The position numbers were made by a program, and so were the translations under genes. This document shows positions 20,721 through 28,842 of a DNA stretch of 42,656 bases, in pieces. Below the pieces are notes generated by a model. It did no database searches. It was given only the letters and a program-made list of their open reading frames with translations, and was not told where the DNA came from. The DNA lies in assembly GCA_018711755.1 (NCBI GenBank), contig DVHY01000170.1, positions 1 through 42,656 of the forward strand, written 5' to 3'. Within the stretch, counting starts at the first letter, position 1; each line of letters begins with the position of its first letter. The DNA comes from Candidatus Limivicinus faecipullorum. GTDB taxonomy: Bacteria; Bacillota; Clostridia; Oscillospirales; Oscillospiraceae.

Positions 20721-21428
20721 TCAGTCGCCTTCTATCATGCGGTAGCCCACGCCCACCTCGGTGAAGATATAGTGGGGCTCGGCGGGGTTCTTCTCTATTT
20801 TCCGGCGGATATTGGCCATGTTCACCCGGAGTATCTGGTTGTTGCCCTTGCTCTGGGGGCCCCAGAGCTCCTTCATGATGAAGTCATAGGTGAGCACCTT
20901 GCCGGCGCATTTGCCCAGCAGGGCCACTATCTTGTATTCGTTCTGGGTGAGGCGGCAGTTCTCCCCGGCGATGAGCACCTGGTGCTTGTCGTAGTCGATG
21001 GTCAGCTCTCCGGCGGTGAACTTGCCGGAGTTGGAAATGGCCTCGTTGCCCAGGCCGGAGCGGGTGTGGCGGATGGCCACCCGTACCCGGGCCAGCAGCT
21101 CCGCCGGGCTGAAGGGCTTGGTGACATAGTCGTCGGCCCCCTTGTCCAGAGCCTGCACCTTGTCCCGCTCGTAGCTGCGGGCGGAGACCACGATGATGGG
21201 CATGCTGGTCCAGGAGCGCACTGCCTCTATGATGTCCATGCCGTCCATATCCGGCAGGCCCAGGTCGAGGACCACCAGGTCCGGGCAGTGGGAACTTATC
21301 ATGGAGAAGGCCTCGCTGCCGGAGCTGGCCACGATGACGTCGTAGCCGTTGGCGGTGAGGATGGCCTTTATCAGGCCGGAGATGGTCTTTTCGTCTTCAA
21401 CCACCAGTATCTTGTCTTTTATAGTCAT
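20721..21428 (-). CDS. OmpR-family response regulator, KdpE-like
   Basis: The track ORF is trimmed to MTIKDKILVVEDE. The phospho-acceptor region is DLVVLDLGLPDMDG. The winged-helix C-terminus reads NIRRKIEKNPAEPHYIFTEVGVGYRM. Confidence 0.85.
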   Translation of the reverse strand: MTIKDKILVVEDEKTISGLIKAILTANGYDVIVASSGSEAFSMISSHCPDLVVLDLGLPDMDGMDIIEAVRSWTSMPIIVVSARSYERDKVQALDKGADDYVTKPFSPAELLARVRVAIRHTRSGLGNEAISNSGKFTAGELTIDYDKHQVLIAGENCRLTQNEYKIVALLGKCAGKVLTYDFIMKELWGPQSKGNNQILRVNMANIRRKIEKNPAEPHYIFTEVGVGYRMIEGD

Positions 21429-21432
21429 AAGC

Positions 21433-22521
21433 TCACGCTCCTTTGCTTTCCAGAGGGAGGGTAAATTCCACCCTTGCCCCGCCCTGGGGCAGATTTTCCG
21501 CATGTATGCTGCCGCCGTGGGCCTCCACGATACTGCGGCAGACGCTGAGGCCGATGCCCATGCAGCGGGTGGTGTCCGCCGCGCCGGAGCCGCTGAGCTG
21601 CAGGCTGCCGTCGAAAAGATGGGGCAGGGTCTCCGGGGCTATGCCCACTCCGTCGTCCTCCACGCCTATGGCCACGCCGCTGCTGAGCTGCCGGGCATAG
21701 AGGCGTATGCTGGTGGTGCCCCGGCCGTGGGTGCGGGCGTTGTCCATAAGGTTGAAGATGACCTGCTCGATGAGCATGGCGTCCATGGGCACCAGCAGCA
21801 CCTCTTCCGGGACGGAGACGGTGAGCTTCACGTCGCTGTAGCGTTTGCGGAAATTCATCACCGCCTCGCTGAATACCTCCTCCACTATCTCGTCCTGCTT
21901 GTTGATGCGGCTTATCTCGCCGCCGCTGATGCGGGTGATGGACAGGAGGTTCTCCACCATGCGGCAGAGCCAGTCGGCGTCCTGCTTGGCGTCCAGCAGC
22001 AGCTCTTTCTGCTGCTCTCTGGACAGGGCCTCACCTCCGTCCTCCAGCACCGTGGCAATGGAGCCGCTGATGGCGGTGAGGGGGGTGCGCAGATCGTGGG
22101 ACACGGCCCGCAGGAGATTGGCCCGCATCTTCTCCCGCTCCGACTCGGCCCGGAGCTTTTCCTGGGCCTTCAGCCGGGTGGTGAGAGTGCTCACCGCAAA
22201 GCCCACCGCCAGCATGGTCATGAAGGTGAGGGGGTAGCCATAGATGGAGAAGTCCAGCTTCAGGTAGGGATAGGTAAAGGCGTAGTTCACGCCCAGCACG
22301 CTGCTGCCGGCGGCCAGCAGCCCGTAGAAATAACCGTCGGTACACAGGGCCACCACCAGCACCGCCAGCACGAATATCATGGGCACGTGGGTATCGGAAC
22401 TGGTAGTGTGTCCCAGCATCCAACACAGGGCTGAAGCTACGGCCATGGCAGCCACATAAACCAGCCAGCCCTTGGAGGACAGGGGGAAATATTTCTTGAA
22501 AAATTCGCATATGGCGCTCAT
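21433..22521 (-). CDS. sensor histidine kinase with KdpD-type membrane domain only (no N-terminal KdpD/Usp sensor)
   Basis: Four TM segments (DUF4118-like) are followed by the H-box RAVSHDLRTPLT. The N and G boxes are present (FNLMDNARTH, GIGLSVCRSIVEAHGG). Confidence 0.85.
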   Translation of the reverse strand: MSAICEFFKKYFPLSSKGWLVYVAAMAVASALCWMLGHTTSSDTHVPMIFVLAVLVVALCTDGYFYGLLAAGSSVLGVNYAFTYPYLKLDFSIYGYPLTFMTMLAVGFAVSTLTTRLKAQEKLRAESEREKMRANLLRAVSHDLRTPLTAISGSIATVLEDGGEALSREQQKELLLDAKQDADWLCRMVENLLSITRISGGEISRINKQDEIVEEVFSEAVMNFRKRYSDVKLTVSVPEEVLLVPMDAMLIEQVIFNLMDNARTHGRGTTSIRLYARQLSSGVAIGVEDDGVGIAPETLPHLFDGSLQLSGSGAADTTRCMGIGLSVCRSIVEAHGGSIHAENLPQGGARVEFTLPLESKGA

Positions 22522-22611
22522 AGATTCAACTCCCTGTAAAGTATAACACAGCCGGCTGTTAAGAGGCCGCTAAGAAATTTATACATCCCCGGCGCCGGGG
22601 CGGCCCGGGGA

Positions 22612-22646
22612 CGAAAAGACCCGGCAGGGGGAAGGCCCTGCCGGGT
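22612..22646 (-). terminator. intrinsic terminator after the DD-carboxypeptidase gene
   Basis: An 11-bp stem, ACCCGGCAGGG/CCCTGCCGGGT (22619-22629 with 22636-22646). CTTTTCG follows on the minus strand. Confidence 0.65.
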
Positions 22647-22651
22647 TGAGC

Positions 22652-24118
22652 TTATTGTCTGTCGTCGAAGAAGCTGTCGTCGATGGAGCCGTCGTAGCGG
22701 TCGGAGGGGTCCACGGAATAGGTCTTGGGGCCCTGGCGCTGCCGGGCGTACATCTGTTCTCTTTCCATGCGCCGGCGCTGCTCCATGCGGCGGCGCTCCC
22801 TCAGGTGCCGCTGGCGCAGGCGGCGGTAGCGCAGGACCAGGATGATATACAGGCTCAGGAAGACCAGCACCAGCACGATTATGGCGATGACCCAACCCTG
22901 GGAGAGGATATCCAGAACGCGCTGCTTCATATACTCCACCCGGCTCAGCTCCACCTCGCTGTTGTTCACCAGGGTGACGGTGCCCAGCACCTCCCCGTTC
23001 AGGCTGAGGGTCATCTCTCCCAGGGGCGTGCCGGCGGCGATGGGGGCCACCAGCTGCTCGTCATAGAGGACGATATCCCGGGTGATGTTCTCTGCGGCCA
23101 CGTCGTTGGGCAGCAGGGCGGTGATGTCGCTTTGAGGCCGGAGCATGGCGCTGCCGCCGTCGCTGAGTTCCACAGGCACGCTCATCACGTTCTCACTGGC
23201 GGAGATGATGCTGCGGTGGGAAAAGTTATCAAAGGCCCAGTCGTACATGGCTATGGTGTCGTCGAAGTTGTAATACTTTTCTATCTGGGCGTTCAGCTCC
23301 CCATCGCAGCCCATGGCCACTGCCAGCAGGCGGATGTCTCCCCGCTGGGCGGTGGACACCAGGCAGTAGCCGGCGGCGTTGGTGTAGCCGGTCTTGACTC
23401 CGGAAGCCCCTTCATAGAGGTAGCTGCCGTTTCTGGCATAGTAGGCGTCGTCGGTGAGAAGGGCGTTGGAGTTGGAAAAAGCGTTGCCCCAGTTCACGTC
23501 GGGGTTGGAGGACTGGTAGCTCTTGGTGTTGGCCATCTCCATGAACATGGGGTACTTCATGGCCTCCACGGTCATCAGGTACAGGTCGTAGGCGGAACTG
23601 TAGTGGTTGTCCGCAGGCAGGCCGTTGGGGTTTACAAAGTGGGTGTTGACGCAGCCCAGCTCTGCCGCCTTGGCGTTCATCTCCTCTACAAAGGCGCTGA
23701 TGCTGCCGGAGATGCAGGTGCCCAGCACGTTGCAGGCCTCGTTGGCGGAATGGAGCATGGCGCAGTAGAGCAGGTCCTTCACGGACAACTGCATTCCCGG
23801 AGTAATGCCGGCGGTGCTGCTGTCCTCCGCCAGGCCGGAGAGGCAGTCGTCCTGGGCGGTGACCATGTCCTCCAGGGAGATGCGCCCCTCGTCCAGGGCC
23901 TCCAGGGCCAGCAGGGTGGTCATTATCTTGGTGAGGCTGGCGGGGGCCCGCTGCTCGTCCTTGTTCAGCTCATAGAGGATATCCCCCGTGTCCAGGTCTA
24001 CCAGCAGGGCGGCTTTGCCGTTGAGGCTGGGGTCTTCCAGGGCGTAGGCTCCCGGGGCGGCGAAAGCCATCACCAGGCATATGATAAGCACCAATGGAAA
24101 GATGCGGAAAATTTTCAT
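22652..24118 (-). CDS. serine-type D-alanyl-D-alanine carboxypeptidase (PBP5/DacB-like) with C-terminal TM and Arg-rich tail
   Basis: The track ORF is trimmed to the signal peptide MKIFRIFPLVLIICL. The motifs are SLTK (SxxK), SANE (SxN) and KTG. The C-terminal anchor is WVIAIIVLVLVFLSLYIILVL. Confidence 0.85.
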   Translation of the reverse strand: MKIFRIFPLVLIICLVMAFAAPGAYALEDPSLNGKAALLVDLDTGDILYELNKDEQRAPASLTKIMTTLLALEALDEGRISLEDMVTAQDDCLSGLAEDSSTAGITPGMQLSVKDLLYCAMLHSANEACNVLGTCISGSISAFVEEMNAKAAELGCVNTHFVNPNGLPADNHYSSAYDLYLMTVEAMKYPMFMEMANTKSYQSSNPDVNWGNAFSNSNALLTDDAYYARNGSYLYEGASGVKTGYTNAAGYCLVSTAQRGDIRLLAVAMGCDGELNAQIEKYYNFDDTIAMYDWAFDNFSHRSIISASENVMSVPVELSDGGSAMLRPQSDITALLPNDVAAENITRDIVLYDEQLVAPIAAGTPLGEMTLSLNGEVLGTVTLVNNSEVELSRVEYMKQRVLDILSQGWVIAIIVLVLVFLSLYIILVLRYRRLRQRHLRERRRMEQRRRMEREQMYARQRQGPKTYSVDPSDRYDGSIDDSFFDDRQ

Positions 24119-24182
24119 TTTGTTCTCCCGTTTTTTCTGGAATATGGTATAGTAGCACTGTATAATATGTGCATACTTCGTT

Positions 24183-24211
24183 ATTATAAAATTTATGACA
24201 GGAAATTGCAA
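24183..24211 (-). promoter_or_regulatory. sigma-70-like promoter of the DD-carboxypeptidase gene
   Basis: On the minus strand: TTGCAA (24206-24211), a 17-nt spacer, then TATAAT (24183-24188). Confidence 0.5.
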
Positions 24212-24269
24212 CATAAAGTTCCCTGTTCTGCATAGATTTAAAATTTTAAAATAGGGCGGAAAAAACAAA

Positions 24270-24956
24270 ATGCGGATTTTGGTGGTAGACGACGAGAAGC
24301 TGCTGGTCAAGGGCATAAAATTCAATCTGGAGAACGAGGGCTACACCGTGGACGCCTGCTATGACGGGGAGACGGCGGTGGAGCTGGCCCGGAAGGGTGA
24401 CTACGACCTCATCATCCTGGACCTGATGATGCCGAAAAAGGACGGGCTGGAGGCCTGCCAGGAGATACGGGGCTTTTCCACCGTGCCCATCATCATGCTC
24501 ACCGCCCGCAGCCAGGATGCGGACATGCTTTTGGGCTTTGAGTCCGGGGCGGACGACTATGTGACCAAGCCCTTCAACATACTGGCTCTGAAGGCCCGGG
24601 TGCGGGCGCTGCTGCGCCGGGCCTCCATAACCTCGTCCCCGGAGCACGGGGAGGCGAAGCTCCTGAGCGCCGGGCACATAAGCCTGGACGAGCAGGGCCG
24701 CCGGGCCATGAAGAACGGCCAGGAGGTGGAGCTGACCATGAAGGAGTTCGACCTGATGCTCTTTCTCATGAAGAACCCCGGCAAGGTCTACAGCCGGGAG
24801 AGCCTGCTGGACCTGGTCTGGGGCTACGACTACCAGGGGGACACCCGCACCGTGGACGTGCATGTGCGCCGGCTGCGGGAGAAGCTGGAGCTGAACCCGG
24901 CCAAGCCCAGGTACATCCTCACCAAATGGGGTGTGGGCTACTACTTTGCCCAGTAA
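24270..24956 (+). CDS. OmpR-family response regulator
   Basis: The receiver domain reads MRILVVDDE..DLIILDLMMPKKDG..ADDYVTKPF. The winged-helix region reads RTVDVHVRRLREKLE..TKWGVGY. Confidence 0.9.
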   Translation: MRILVVDDEKLLVKGIKFNLENEGYTVDACYDGETAVELARKGDYDLIILDLMMPKKDGLEACQEIRGFSTVPIIMLTARSQDADMLLGFESGADDYVTKPFNILALKARVRALLRRASITSSPEHGEAKLLSAGHISLDEQGRRAMKNGQEVELTMKEFDLMLFLMKNPGKVYSRESLLDLVWGYDYQGDTRTVDVHVRRLREKLELNPAKPRYILTKWGVGYYFAQ

Positions 24957-24971
24957 GGGAGGAAGAGCCTT

Positions 24972-26369
24972 ATGAGGAGCCTGCGCTTCCGCTTTTTCTT
25001 TTTCCTGGCCGTGCTGCTGATTGTGCTGCTGCTGATGCTGAATATCTTTCCCATCACCTCCTCCCGGGACACGGTGTTCCAGGAGAAGGAGAGCTCCATC
25101 TCCGGCCAGGCGGCCATCCTGGCCGCCTCCCTGGCCAAGCTGGACGAGCCGGACCAGGCCAGCGTGGGGGAGGTGCTGCGGCTGCTGAACATCAGCGGCT
25201 TTGAGCGCACCGTGGTGGTGGACACCCAGGGCCGGACCTTGTACTATACCTACGGCAGCACCGCCAAGGACAGCGAGGAAAAGGACCTGAGCACCGCCCT
25301 GTCGGGCAAGACGGTGTTCCGCTCAAAATATGACGGGGACTCCTTCCTCAGCAGCTACGCCATACCCATCAGCCGCCAGGGTGCCATAACCGGGGCGCTG
25401 TACCTGCAGGAGCGGGACGAGATGCGGGCGGGGATAATTCTGGACGTGGAAAACCAGATACGGATGATCTCCGCGGTGATAGTGCTGACGGTGCTGGTGC
25501 TGGCGATGGTCTTCTCCTCGGTGATACTGCGGCGCATACATGAGCTGTCCAACTCCATGCGCATCGTGGCCGCCGGGGACTACAGCCACCGGCTCCAGGT
25601 CAGCGGCAGCGACGAGCTGACGGACCTGGGCAACGAGTTCAACACCCTCACCCAGCGGCTGGACGCCACGGAGCGGGAGCGGCGGCGCTTCGTCTCCGAC
25701 GCCTCCCACGAGCTGAAGACCCCTCTGGCCTCCATCCGGCTGCTGTCCGACAGCATAGTGCAAAACGAGAATATCGACACGGAGACGGTGCGGGAGTTCG
25801 TCACGGACATCGGCAACGAGGCCGAGCGGCTCCAGCGCACCACGGAGAAGCTGCTGGACCTGTCCCGCCTGGACGACGACATCCAGGTCATACCCGAGCC
25901 GGTGGACGTAAAGCAGGTGGCGGTGGACGCCCTGGTGCTGCTGCGGCCCCTGGCCAAGGAGCGGCAGATACGCCTGCGCTGTGAGCTGGAGGACGGCTGC
26001 GTGGTCATGGCCACGGTGGACGACATGTTCCATATAATTTTCAATCTCATAGAAAACGCGATAAAATATAATGTGGACCAGGGCAGCGTCTATGTGAAGC
26101 TGGAGCAGACGGAGGACAAGGTGCAGTTCACCGTGGAGGACACGGGCATCGGCATCCCCGAGGAGGACAGGTACAATATCTTCACCCGCTTTTACCGGGT
26201 GGACAAGGCCCGCTCCCGGGAGGCGGGGGGCAGCGGCCTGGGGCTGAGCATAGTGCATGCGGCGGTGAAGGCCCACGGGGGCAGCATCCTGGTGGGGGAC
26301 AACAAGCCCCAGGGTTCCCGTTTTACGGTGAGCTTTCCAAAACCTACGGAGGAAGAGACAGGCATATGA
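24972..26369 (+). CDS. sensor histidine kinase (2 TM, extracytoplasmic loop, HAMP, HisKA, HATPase)
   Basis: The H-box is FVSDASHELKTPL, the N-box is LIENAIKYN, and the G-boxes are DTGIGIP and GGSGLGLSIV. Confidence 0.9.
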   Translation: MRSLRFRFFFFLAVLLIVLLLMLNIFPITSSRDTVFQEKESSISGQAAILAASLAKLDEPDQASVGEVLRLLNISGFERTVVVDTQGRTLYYTYGSTAKDSEEKDLSTALSGKTVFRSKYDGDSFLSSYAIPISRQGAITGALYLQERDEMRAGIILDVENQIRMISAVIVLTVLVLAMVFSSVILRRIHELSNSMRIVAAGDYSHRLQVSGSDELTDLGNEFNTLTQRLDATERERRRFVSDASHELKTPLASIRLLSDSIVQNENIDTETVREFVTDIGNEAERLQRTTEKLLDLSRLDDDIQVIPEPVDVKQVAVDALVLLRPLAKERQIRLRCELEDGCVVMATVDDMFHIIFNLIENAIKYNVDQGSVYVKLEQTEDKVQFTVEDTGIGIPEEDRYNIFTRFYRVDKARSREAGGSGLGLSIVHAAVKAHGGSILVGDNKPQGSRFTVSFPKPTEEETGI

Positions 26370-27442
26370 ACAACATAGCAAAGATACAGGAGAAGCTGGC
26401 GGCCCGGGGCCTGGACGGCCTTCTTATAAGCGACGAGAAGAACCAGCGCTACGCCTCGGGCTTCGCCTTTACCGACGGGGCGGTGCTGGTGGGCCTGGAG
26501 AGGGCCTGGCTCATCACCGACCCCCGCTATATAGAGGCGGCGGAAAAGGCCGCCGGGGACGTGCTCACGGTGCAGCTCTACGACCGGCAGCTGCCTCTGA
26601 AGGAGCTGCTGCGCCGGGACATAAAGGAAGCGGGCATGGAAAACCTGGCAGCGGAGGACGAAAAGCTGAGCCACAGGGATTTTCTGGACTATCAGAAGGC
26701 CCTGGGCCTGGAGCTCAGACCCTGCGGCGGCCTGCTCTCGGAGCTGAGGGCCTCCAAGAGCCGGGAGGAACTGGAATACATGCGGCAGGCCCAGGCGATA
26801 GCGGAGCTGGCCCTGGAGGACGTGCTGCATATCATAAGGCCGGGGATGACGGAGCGGCAGGTGATGGCGGAGCTGGTGTACTCCATGCTGCGCCACGGTT
26901 CCCAGGGCAATTCCTTTGACCCCATCGTAGTTACCGGCGCCAAGACCAGCATGCCCCACGGGGTGCCCGGGGATGAAGTGATACAGGCCGGGGACTTTGT
27001 GACCATGGACTTCGGCTGCATAAAGGGGGGCTACTGCTCGGACATGACCCGCACCGTGGCGGTGGGCCATGCCACGGAGGAGATGAAGCGGGTGTATGAT
27101 ATCGTGCTGAAAGCCCAGCTGGCGGGGATAGCCGCGGCCCGGGCGGGGATACCCGGCCGGGACATTGACGCCGCCGCCCGGAAGGTGATAAGCGAGGCGG
27201 GCTACGGAGAGTATTTCGGCCACGGCTTCGGCCACAGTCTGGGCCTGGACATCCACGAGAGCCCCAGCGCGAATCCCTCGGGCCTGGCCCCCATGCCGGT
27301 GGGGGCGGTGTGCTCTGCCGAGCCGGGGATATACCTGCCCGGCCGCTTCGGGGTGAGGATAGAGGACGTGATGGTCCTGGAGGAAGGGGGCTGCCGTCTG
27401 CTCACCAGGGCCAAAAAGGAGCTCACCATATTGCCCGTCTAG
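26366..27442 (+). CDS. M24-family Xaa-Pro aminopeptidase/dipeptidase
   Basis: The metal ligand pattern is DFGC..YCSDMTRT, HGFGHSLGLDIHE, EPGIY and RIED. The start forms an ATGA overlap with the kinase stop. Confidence 0.85.
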   Translation: MNNIAKIQEKLAARGLDGLLISDEKNQRYASGFAFTDGAVLVGLERAWLITDPRYIEAAEKAAGDVLTVQLYDRQLPLKELLRRDIKEAGMENLAAEDEKLSHRDFLDYQKALGLELRPCGGLLSELRASKSREELEYMRQAQAIAELALEDVLHIIRPGMTERQVMAELVYSMLRHGSQGNSFDPIVVTGAKTSMPHGVPGDEVIQAGDFVTMDFGCIKGGYCSDMTRTVAVGHATEEMKRVYDIVLKAQLAGIAAARAGIPGRDIDAAARKVISEAGYGEYFGHGFGHSLGLDIHESPSANPSGLAPMPVGAVCSAEPGIYLPGRFGVRIEDVMVLEEGGCRLLTRAKKELTILPV

Positions 27443-27472
27443 CTCCGGGGCCCCGGCTTTGACAAATAATGC

Positions 27473-27501
27473 TTGCAAAACAGGGCCGGATACTGTAAAA
27501 T
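27473..27501 (+). promoter_or_regulatory. promoter of efp
   Basis: TTGCAA (27473-27478), a 17-nt spacer, then TAAAAT (27496-27501). Confidence 0.4.
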
Positions 27502-27540
27502 GTCTGAGATAAATATAAATTGATTTGGGAGGTCCCTTTT

Positions 27541-28098
27541 ATGATTACAGCAGGCGATTTCAGAAACGGCGTCACCTTTGAGATGGACGGCCAGGTCATG
27601 CAGGTCATCGAGTTCCAGCATGTCAAGCCCGGCAAGGGCGCCGCTTTCGTGCGCACCAAGATGAAGAATGTCATCACCGGCGCCGTCACCGAAACGTCCT
27701 TCAACCCCACCGCAAAGTTCGAGAACGCCACCGTAGACCGCATGACCATGGAGTACAGCTACTCCGACGGCAACCTGTACTACTTCATGAATCCCGAGAC
27801 CTACGAGCTGGAGCCTGTGGATGCCTCCGTTCTGGGCGATAACTTCAAGTTCGTCAAGGAGAATATGGAGTGCACCGTCTACTCCTACAAGGGCAAGGTC
27901 TTCAATGTGGAGCCCCCCTTCTTCGTGGAGCTGGAAGTCACCGAGACCGACCCGGGCTTTGCCGGCAACACCGCCACCAACGCCACCAAGCCCGCCACTC
28001 TGGAGACCGGCGCCGAGATAAAGGTGCCTCTGTTCATCGAGCCCGGCGAGAAGGTGAAGATAGACACCCGCACCGGCGAGTATCTGTCCAGGGCATAA
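27541..28098 (+). CDS. efp: elongation factor P
   Basis: The track ORF is trimmed to [35 protein letters not shown] (GGGAGG ribosome binding site). The protein is 185 aa. Confidence 0.92.
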   Translation: MITAGDFRNGVTFEMDGQVMQVIEFQHVKPGKGAAFVRTKMKNVITGAVTETSFNPTAKFENATVDRMTMEYSYSDGNLYYFMNPETYELEPVDASVLGDNFKFVKENMECTVYSYKGKVFNVEPPFFVELEVTETDPGFAGNTATNATKPATLETGAEIKVPLFIEPGEKVKIDTRTGEYLSRA

Positions 28099-28172
28099 GC
28101 CGTCCCCGGCGGGAAGAGCCCGCCCCCATTTGCAGGAACTTTATTTTGTTCAGAAAAAAGGAGGTTTTCCAA

Positions 28173-28652
28173 ATGACTGTAGTTGAAAAGGCCGCATATC
28201 TCAAAGGATTGGTAGAGGGTCTGGGCATAGAGCCGGATTCCAGGGAAGGTAAGCTCTGGGGCGCTCTGGGCGAGCTGCTTTCAGACATGGCTCATGAGAT
28301 CGAAGACCTTCAGGCCACGGACATGGACCATGCCGAGGCCCTGGACGAAATGGCTGAGGAGCTCAGCTATCTGGAGGATCTGGTCTGCGATCTGGACGAG
28401 CCGGAGGATTTTGACGACGAGGACTGCGACGGAGACTGCGATTCCTGCGGCCTCTGCGATGAGGACGATGAGGACGAGGATGATGAAGAGCCGGAGTATG
28501 ACGGAGTAATCTACGACGTCACCTGCCCCGTCTGCGGCGAGGAGATCAGCTTCGACGAGGAGACCCTGGACAAGGGCTCCATTGAATGCCCCTCCTGCGG
28601 GGAGACTCTGGAGTTCGACCTGAGCGATGAGGAGGACGAGGACAAGGACTGA
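28173..28652 (+). CDS. highly acidic protein with C-terminal CPxC...CPxC zinc ribbon (resembles the clostridial CD1247 N-terminal-domain family)
   Basis: The track ORF is trimmed to MTVVEKAAYLKGLVEG (AAGGAGG ribosome binding site). D/E-rich stretches are present, together with DCDGDCDSCGLCDEDD and CPVCGEE..CPSCGE. The family name is from memory and is tentative. Confidence 0.65.
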   Translation: MTVVEKAAYLKGLVEGLGIEPDSREGKLWGALGELLSDMAHEIEDLQATDMDHAEALDEMAEELSYLEDLVCDLDEPEDFDDEDCDGDCDSCGLCDEDDEDEDDEEPEYDGVIYDVTCPVCGEEISFDEETLDKGSIECPSCGETLEFDLSDEEDEDKD

Positions 28653-28755
28653 CCGGCCCGCAGGAGCCGCTGGGCGGCCGCTGAGGGCAAAGCCCGGAAA
28701 GACCGGGAAAAGGTCCATATCCCAAAAGACAGCTTAAATAGTAAAAGACAATATG

Positions 28756-28795
28756 AAAAGCGGTCCCGCCGGGTATTCGGCGGGACCGCTTTTTA
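28756..28795. terminator. strong bidirectional intrinsic terminator
   Basis: A 12-bp stem, GCGGTCCCGCCG/CGGCGGGACCGC (28760-28771 with 28778-28789). AAAA precedes it and TTTTT follows it. Confidence 0.75.
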
Positions 28796-28842
28796 TATTC
28801 ATTTTCCCTTTTATATGCCCCGGCTCGCCGGGCCTTGCGGGC

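Noticed and set aside
22646-24235. 529-aa plus-strand ORF opposite the DD-carboxypeptidase gene
   Set aside because: It is antisense to a gene with SxxK/SxN/KTG motifs and a signal peptide. Its composition is low-complexity. The same reasoning applies to 7034-8107(-), 9922-11334(-), 15981-17354(-), 1411-2418(+), 3315-4172(+), 11995-13044(+), 35406-36296(+), 36345-37388(+), 37357-38292(+), 38690-39745(-) and 25323-27478(-).
28099-28172. GGCGGG-aagag-CCCGCC hairpin after efp as a terminator
   Set aside because: The stem is short and has no following U-run. The downstream acidic-protein gene has no separate promoter that I can see. I therefore interpret efp and that gene as co-transcribed.
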